Source: Candidatus Bathyarchaeota archaeon | GTDB lineage: Archaea > Thermoproteota > Bathyarchaeia > TCS64 | Reading direction: 5' to 3' | DNA length: 64,000 nt | Assembly (NCBI GenBank): GCA_963771885.1 | Contig: CAVYVF010000007.1 | Span: 1 to 64,000, forward strand | Shown here: positions 59,770 to 64,000 of the stretch, piece by piece | Layout: each line of letters opens with the position of its first letter | How positions within the stretch are numbered: the first letter of the stretch is position 1 | The notes under the pieces: model-generated | Database searches by the model: none | What the model saw: the letters and a program-made list of their open reading frames with translations, nothing else | What the model was told of the DNA's origin: nothing | Translations under genes and position numbers: made by a program

Positions 59770-60842
59770 CGCCGGTGATCGAGGTAGACGGCTCGCTGAT
59801 GGAGGGCGGTGGACAGCTTCTCCGAATGGCAACAACCTACAGCGCCATATTGGGCGAGTCCGTCAGGATAGTAAAGATTCGCGCGAACAGGAACCAGCCT
59901 GGTCTCAAGCCTCAACACTTCCATACCCTGAAGGCGGTCGCTGAACTCTGCGGCGCTGATACGAAGGGTCTCGAGATCGGCAGCGATGAGATCGAGTTCC
60001 ACCCGGGGCCGATCAAGGGCGGCGTCTTCAGCTTCGACATTGGAACCGCGGGGAGCTGTAGCCTCCTTCTCCAGTGTGCCGCGCCTGTCGCTGCCTATGC
60101 GGACAGCCCAGTGAAGATAAGCGTCAAGGGCGGAACCGCCGTCCGCTGGTCTCCCCCGATGCCAATCGTGCAGAGCGTTGTCTGGGCCGGCTTGAGGAAG
60201 ATGGGCTTCTCAGGCGTCCTTCGGACCTTGAAGGATGGCTACTACCCGAAGGGCGGCGGCCTCGTTGAGGCAAATGTTCAGCCCATAGATGGTTTCAAGG
60301 CGATCGTCTGCGAGAAGCCCGATGTTCGAGGAGTCCGGGGAATTTCGACGTGCGGTGGCCTCCCACGCCACGTGGCGGAGAGACAGGCGGCGGCAGCCAA
60401 AGTCGTGCTTAGCGAGGAGGGCTACGAATCCAATATAGATGTCGCGACGCCTGGTAAGGCGTTAAACCCCCTCTCGCCTGGGAGTGTCATCTGCCTCTGG
60501 GTTGAGGGCGAGGCGCTGATAGGAGACGACGGCCTCGGGGAGCGCGGCAAGACCGCGGAGAGGGTCGGTACCGAGGCGGCGCAACGACTTGTTGGCCAGA
60601 TAAAGTCAGGGGCATACGTCGACATGCACACGGCGGACAACCTCGTCCTGCCCTGCTCACTCGCCGAGGGGGTATCAAGCTTCACCGTGTCCAGGCTCAC
60701 CCTCCACACTCTCACCGCCGTCGAGGTGGCGAAGAGCATCCTCGGGGTCAAGATCACGGTCGAGGGCTCCGAGGGGTCGCCTGGGAGGATCGTGATAGAG
60801 GGACGCGGTGTCAGAAATCACCGGTTCTCGGCAAAGCTATAG
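59766..60842 (+). CDS. rtcA: RNA 3'-terminal phosphate cyclase
   Basis: EGGGQLLR, PGLKPQH, YYPKGGG, HVAERQ, VDMHTAD. Confidence 0.94.
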   Translation: MTPVIEVDGSLMEGGGQLLRMATTYSAILGESVRIVKIRANRNQPGLKPQHFHTLKAVAELCGADTKGLEIGSDEIEFHPGPIKGGVFSFDIGTAGSCSLLLQCAAPVAAYADSPVKISVKGGTAVRWSPPMPIVQSVVWAGLRKMGFSGVLRTLKDGYYPKGGGLVEANVQPIDGFKAIVCEKPDVRGVRGISTCGGLPRHVAERQAAAAKVVLSEEGYESNIDVATPGKALNPLSPGSVICLWVEGEALIGDDGLGERGKTAERVGTEAAQRLVGQIKSGAYVDMHTADNLVLPCSLAEGVSSFTVSRLTLHTLTAVEVAKSILGVKITVEGSEGSPGRIVIEGRGVRNHRFSAKL

Positions 60843-60858
60843 CGCGGTGCAATAAGGG

Positions 60859-62163
60859 TTGATTGTTCTCCGATTCGAAAGGGGGGTGCTCGTGGTCGAG
60901 GGGGACGATAGAGGCACCTCTCGGAGGCGCGCAATAGATTACCACGCTATCGTCGCCGACCTCAAGGCGCGCGGCGTCGAGTATCGAGACGAGGCACTCA
61001 AAGCGCCCCCTACTCCACAGCTTCACTCACGCTTCGAGGCGAGGGACTACCAGTCCGAGGCTGTCGAGGGCTGGGTAAAAGCCGGGCGCAGGGGTATAGT
61101 CGTCCTCCCGACCGGCGCGGGGAAGACGATAATGGCTGTGAAGGCGATGGAGCGGCTCCAGGTCGCGACTCTCGTCGTTGTGCCGACAATCGTTCTCATG
61201 GAGCAGTGGCGGGGGGTACTCGCCGACGCCTTCGGCGTAGAGATAGGGGCACTCGGTGGCGGGTCGAGCGACATCAAGCCTATAACCGTCTCCACCTACG
61301 ACTCCGCCGCCATCAGGGCGCGCGAGCTCGGGGACCGCTTCGCACTCATAGTCTTCGACGAGGTGCATCACCTCCCCGCCCCAAGCAACACACGCATCGC
61401 ACTAGCCTACCTTGCCCCGTACCGCCTCGGACTTACCGCCACACTGGGCAGGGACGAGGCGGTTCTATCGGAGCTAGATGAGCTCGTCGGTCCCCTAGTC
61501 TACGAGAAGGCTGTAGACGAGCTCGCGGGCAGACATCTTAGCGACTACACCATCCACACGATCAATGTCCCGCTGACGCCAACCGAGAAGCTGGAGTATG
61601 AGCGGCAGTTCGCGGTCTACAAGGGCTTCCTCCAGAGGCGGGGGATCAAGATCAGGAGCGCTCGCGACTACCTGCTCTTCGTGAAGAGGAGTGGAGTCGA
61701 CCCGGAGGCGCGGCGGGCGCTTATGGGGAGGAACGCCGCGATGGATGTGGCGCTCAACAGCAAGAGCAAGGAAGAATATCTAAGGAACCTCCTCACGGCG
61801 AACCCCAACGAGAAGGCGCTCATATTCACACGACACAACAAGCTCGTCTATCGTATTAGCCGCAGCCTCCTCATCCCGGCGATAACCCACCAGACGGTGA
61901 AGGACGAGCGGGAGGAGATACTTGACAGGTTCCGCAGAGGCGTCTACAAGAGGATCATCACGAGCCAGGTCCTCGATGAGGGTGTCGACGTTCCCGACGC
62001 GTCCCTCGCCGTCATACTCAGCGGTACGGGAAGCAACCGCGAATTCATACAGCGACTCGGCAGGGTGCTCAGGAAGAAGGAGGGGAAGCAGGCTAACCTC
62101 TACGAGCTGGTGAGTTTCGGCACCGCGGAGACACGTCTGAGTAGGAGGAGGAAGGAGACTTGA
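60859..62163 (+). CDS. xpb: XPB/Rad25-like SF2 helicase
   Basis: RDYQ, PTGAGKT, DEVHH, LTAT, DEGVDVP, QRLGRVLR; overlaps the Bax1-like gene. Confidence 0.9.
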   Translation: MIVLRFERGVLVVEGDDRGTSRRRAIDYHAIVADLKARGVEYRDEALKAPPTPQLHSRFEARDYQSEAVEGWVKAGRRGIVVLPTGAGKTIMAVKAMERLQVATLVVVPTIVLMEQWRGVLADAFGVEIGALGGGSSDIKPITVSTYDSAAIRARELGDRFALIVFDEVHHLPAPSNTRIALAYLAPYRLGLTATLGRDEAVLSELDELVGPLVYEKAVDELAGRHLSDYTIHTINVPLTPTEKLEYERQFAVYKGFLQRRGIKIRSARDYLLFVKRSGVDPEARRALMGRNAAMDVALNSKSKEEYLRNLLTANPNEKALIFTRHNKLVYRISRSLLIPAITHQTVKDEREEILDRFRRGVYKRIITSQVLDEGVDVPDASLAVILSGTGSNREFIQRLGRVLRKKEGKQANLYELVSFGTAETRLSRRRKET

Positions 62164-63308
62164 TTCTCCCCCACGAACTAATCAGGGTCAGGCGCACCAA
62201 GGCGGCTTTAACGCCCCTCTTCGCAGACCAGGAGAAGCTCAGCCTCGCCAAGACCCTTATCGCGGTCTACTCCGAGAACCGGGACAGGAGGCGGGGAGAC
62301 CTCATGGAGGGGCTCTCGAGCTGCGAGGAGCTTGGCTACGACTTCAAGCTTGTGCGCGGCCTCTCGGCGGTGCTCGACTCGCGGTGCATCTTCGGGACGC
62401 GTTCATTCGTGCCCCCGGTGAAGGCGAGGACGCTTCTCTTCGAGGAGGCGGCGAGACGCCCATCCATCTCGGAGAGAGACCGCGCCGAGATAATCGGTAA
62501 GGTCGCGGAAAAGCTCAACGTGCCGACTGGTGACCTCGACGAGAGCATGTACGCCGACCTGCTCGAGGAGCAGAACCTCATCGACTTCAAGGAGCCGACG
62601 CCGGACGAGCTTCTGGGGCTCTACAACTTCGCCCTCGCGGCGGTGGTCCTAGCCTATTCACTGAGAATAGTGATCGGCTATTCGGGACGTGGAGAACTCG
62701 TTGAGAAGGCTTCGTCGGCGCTCGGGGAGCCCGATGTGAAGGTCGGGGGGTTGAGCATCGAATTGAAGCCGGTGAAGCAGGTCGGCGTCCGCGGCACGAA
62801 GATGGAGGTTCTCCTCGCCCGCCTCATGGAGGCGAAGAACTGGAGCCTACACGCCGACGTAGCCTACCCGCCGCGCTACAGTGAGACGCGTCCCCTTGAG
62901 CTGAGCCAGAGGCTGAACGGCGGATTGATGAGGGCGGAGCCCGTCGAGGAGGAGGTTGTCATCGAGATCAAGGCGCCTATTAGGAAGAGTAGTCTCGGCG
63001 AAGTGATTGTGATTGACGACTTGACCCACAGGATGGGCATTACCGACAGGGAGCTTCTCAGGAAGGTTGAGGCGGAGAAGGTAAGGTACGTGAGGCTCCC
63101 CGGCGTACTCATCACACCCGAGAAGCTGGAGGAGCTAAAAAGTGGACTAGCGGAGATCGAGGGGGATGATCTCTCCGACTATAAGGCGTATCTGAAGGGG
63201 CGAGGGTGTAAGAACCCAACACCCGTCCTCGAGGCCCTCGGCTACGTTATCGAGATCGACCCCGAGACGCGTAAACCTTACGTGAGCAGGCTGCGCCGCG
63301 ACTCGTAA
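62160..63308 (+). CDS. Bax1/DUF790-like XPB partner, nuclease motifs not recognisable
   Basis: LP.ELIR, DFKLVRGL...L, MYADL.E, L..YN.AL; position after xpb. Confidence 0.78.
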   Translation: MILPHELIRVRRTKAALTPLFADQEKLSLAKTLIAVYSENRDRRRGDLMEGLSSCEELGYDFKLVRGLSAVLDSRCIFGTRSFVPPVKARTLLFEEAARRPSISERDRAEIIGKVAEKLNVPTGDLDESMYADLLEEQNLIDFKEPTPDELLGLYNFALAAVVLAYSLRIVIGYSGRGELVEKASSALGEPDVKVGGLSIELKPVKQVGVRGTKMEVLLARLMEAKNWSLHADVAYPPRYSETRPLELSQRLNGGLMRAEPVEEEVVIEIKAPIRKSSLGEVIVIDDLTHRMGITDRELLRKVEAEKVRYVRLPGVLITPEKLEELKSGLAEIEGDDLSDYKAYLKGRGCKNPTPVLEALGYVIEIDPETRKPYVSRLRRDS

Positions 63309-63347
63309 CGCTTTTATACAATTACATATTTAATTCCATCGATTCAT

Positions 63348-63863
63348 ATGACCGATGGTAAGGAATCATGCGGATGCGGAACCGGCGAGACACCATGTGG
63401 ATGTATGGAGAAGAATGAGCATGGCGAGAAGAGGCTGCAACCGGTCAAGGCGCCGAGGATCTACCGCGAGCGCAGGCCAGTTAAGGGCGAGGCCGTCACG
63501 ATCATTGACGTGGAGTTCAGTAGCTCCGGAATCAACCTGACCGACGCCTGGAGCAGGGCCGTGCTTCGAGGCGACATCCACGAGATCATGATATGGAACC
63601 CATTGGGGGAGGAGGGCGTAGACGCGGCCGCAATAGCCTTCATCGAGGTCATGCAGGGTGGTAACATTGTCAACGGCGACGAGGTTAGGGTTGATGGCGA
63701 GCCGATAGGCAACCTCGCGGGCTTCGACTACAACCACATGCCCAACCACATGAACATAGTTGTGGAGACGAAGACGTCGAAGGTACCTCTCAAGCTGGGG
63801 AGCGTCTTCGAGTTCGCGCCGAACCCGATGCTATCCCTTCTTGGACAAGAGGACTGCTGTTAG
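63348..63863 (+). CDS. DUF6917-like protein, paralog of 12583..13008, with Cys-rich N-terminal extension
   Basis: SRAV..DIHEIM, AFIEV..GG, GFDYNHMPNHMNI. Confidence 0.65.
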   Translation: MTDGKESCGCGTGETPCGCMEKNEHGEKRLQPVKAPRIYRERRPVKGEAVTIIDVEFSSSGINLTDAWSRAVLRGDIHEIMIWNPLGEEGVDAAAIAFIEVMQGGNIVNGDEVRVDGEPIGNLAGFDYNHMPNHMNIVVETKTSKVPLKLGSVFEFAPNPMLSLLGQEDCC

Positions 63864-64000
63864 GCGAGTTTATTGAAGTCGATGTCGTCCGCCTTCATCA
63901 TCTTGGCGAATCTGCCGCCGAAGATGGAGTTGTGGTGGGCGATTATCTGCTGCGCATTGAGGATTGGTGTGTCATAGGTCGTGTGCGCGTCCTCGGCGAC
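63860..64000 (-). CDS. Cysteine hydrolase/isochorismatase family, C-terminal end (partial)
   Basis: Manual translation VAEDAHTTYDTPILNAQQIIAHHNSIFGGRFAKMMKADDIDFNKLA*. Confidence 0.7.
   Translation of the reverse strand, partial: VAEDAHTTYDTPILNAQQIIAHHNSIFGGRFAKMMKADDIDFNKLA

Overview
Archaeal chromosomal segment, probably TACK/Bathyarchaeia-like. This assignment is inferred from the HMf-type histone, rfcS/rfcL, tfe, aCPSF1-psmB, cdc48, fen1, egsA, DGGR, XPB-Bax1, UPF0147 and frequent TTG starts. The backbone is GC-rich housekeeping and amino-acid/amide metabolism. Three intron-less tRNAs with encoded CCA (Val-TAC, Ser-TGA, Glu-CTC, all minus strand) each have an AT-richer accessory tract at their 3' side: about 16.8-21.9 kb, 25.6-28.9 kb and 48.1-53.8 kb. 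Many single-base frameshifts, including in essential genes, look like long-read consensus errors. The most unusual signal is two separate ~400-bp non-coding arrays of a 4-nt motif with roughly 10-bp spacing, arranged as two oppositely oriented arms around a spacer. One uses TCCA/TGGA (18.2-18.6 kb) and the other GGCT/AGCC (49.1-49.5 kb). Each sits in a tRNA-adjacent island, downstream of an HTH gene that points at its long arm. Other notable items: a secreted metacaspase-DUF2341-5x Ig-like repeat protein, a Bax1 apparently lacking its nuclease motifs, an RFC-L with an insertion and no PIP tail, a candidate guide sRNA upstream of rps17e, and apparent CTG/TTA start codons. All family assignments come from motif recognition by eye; no searches were run.
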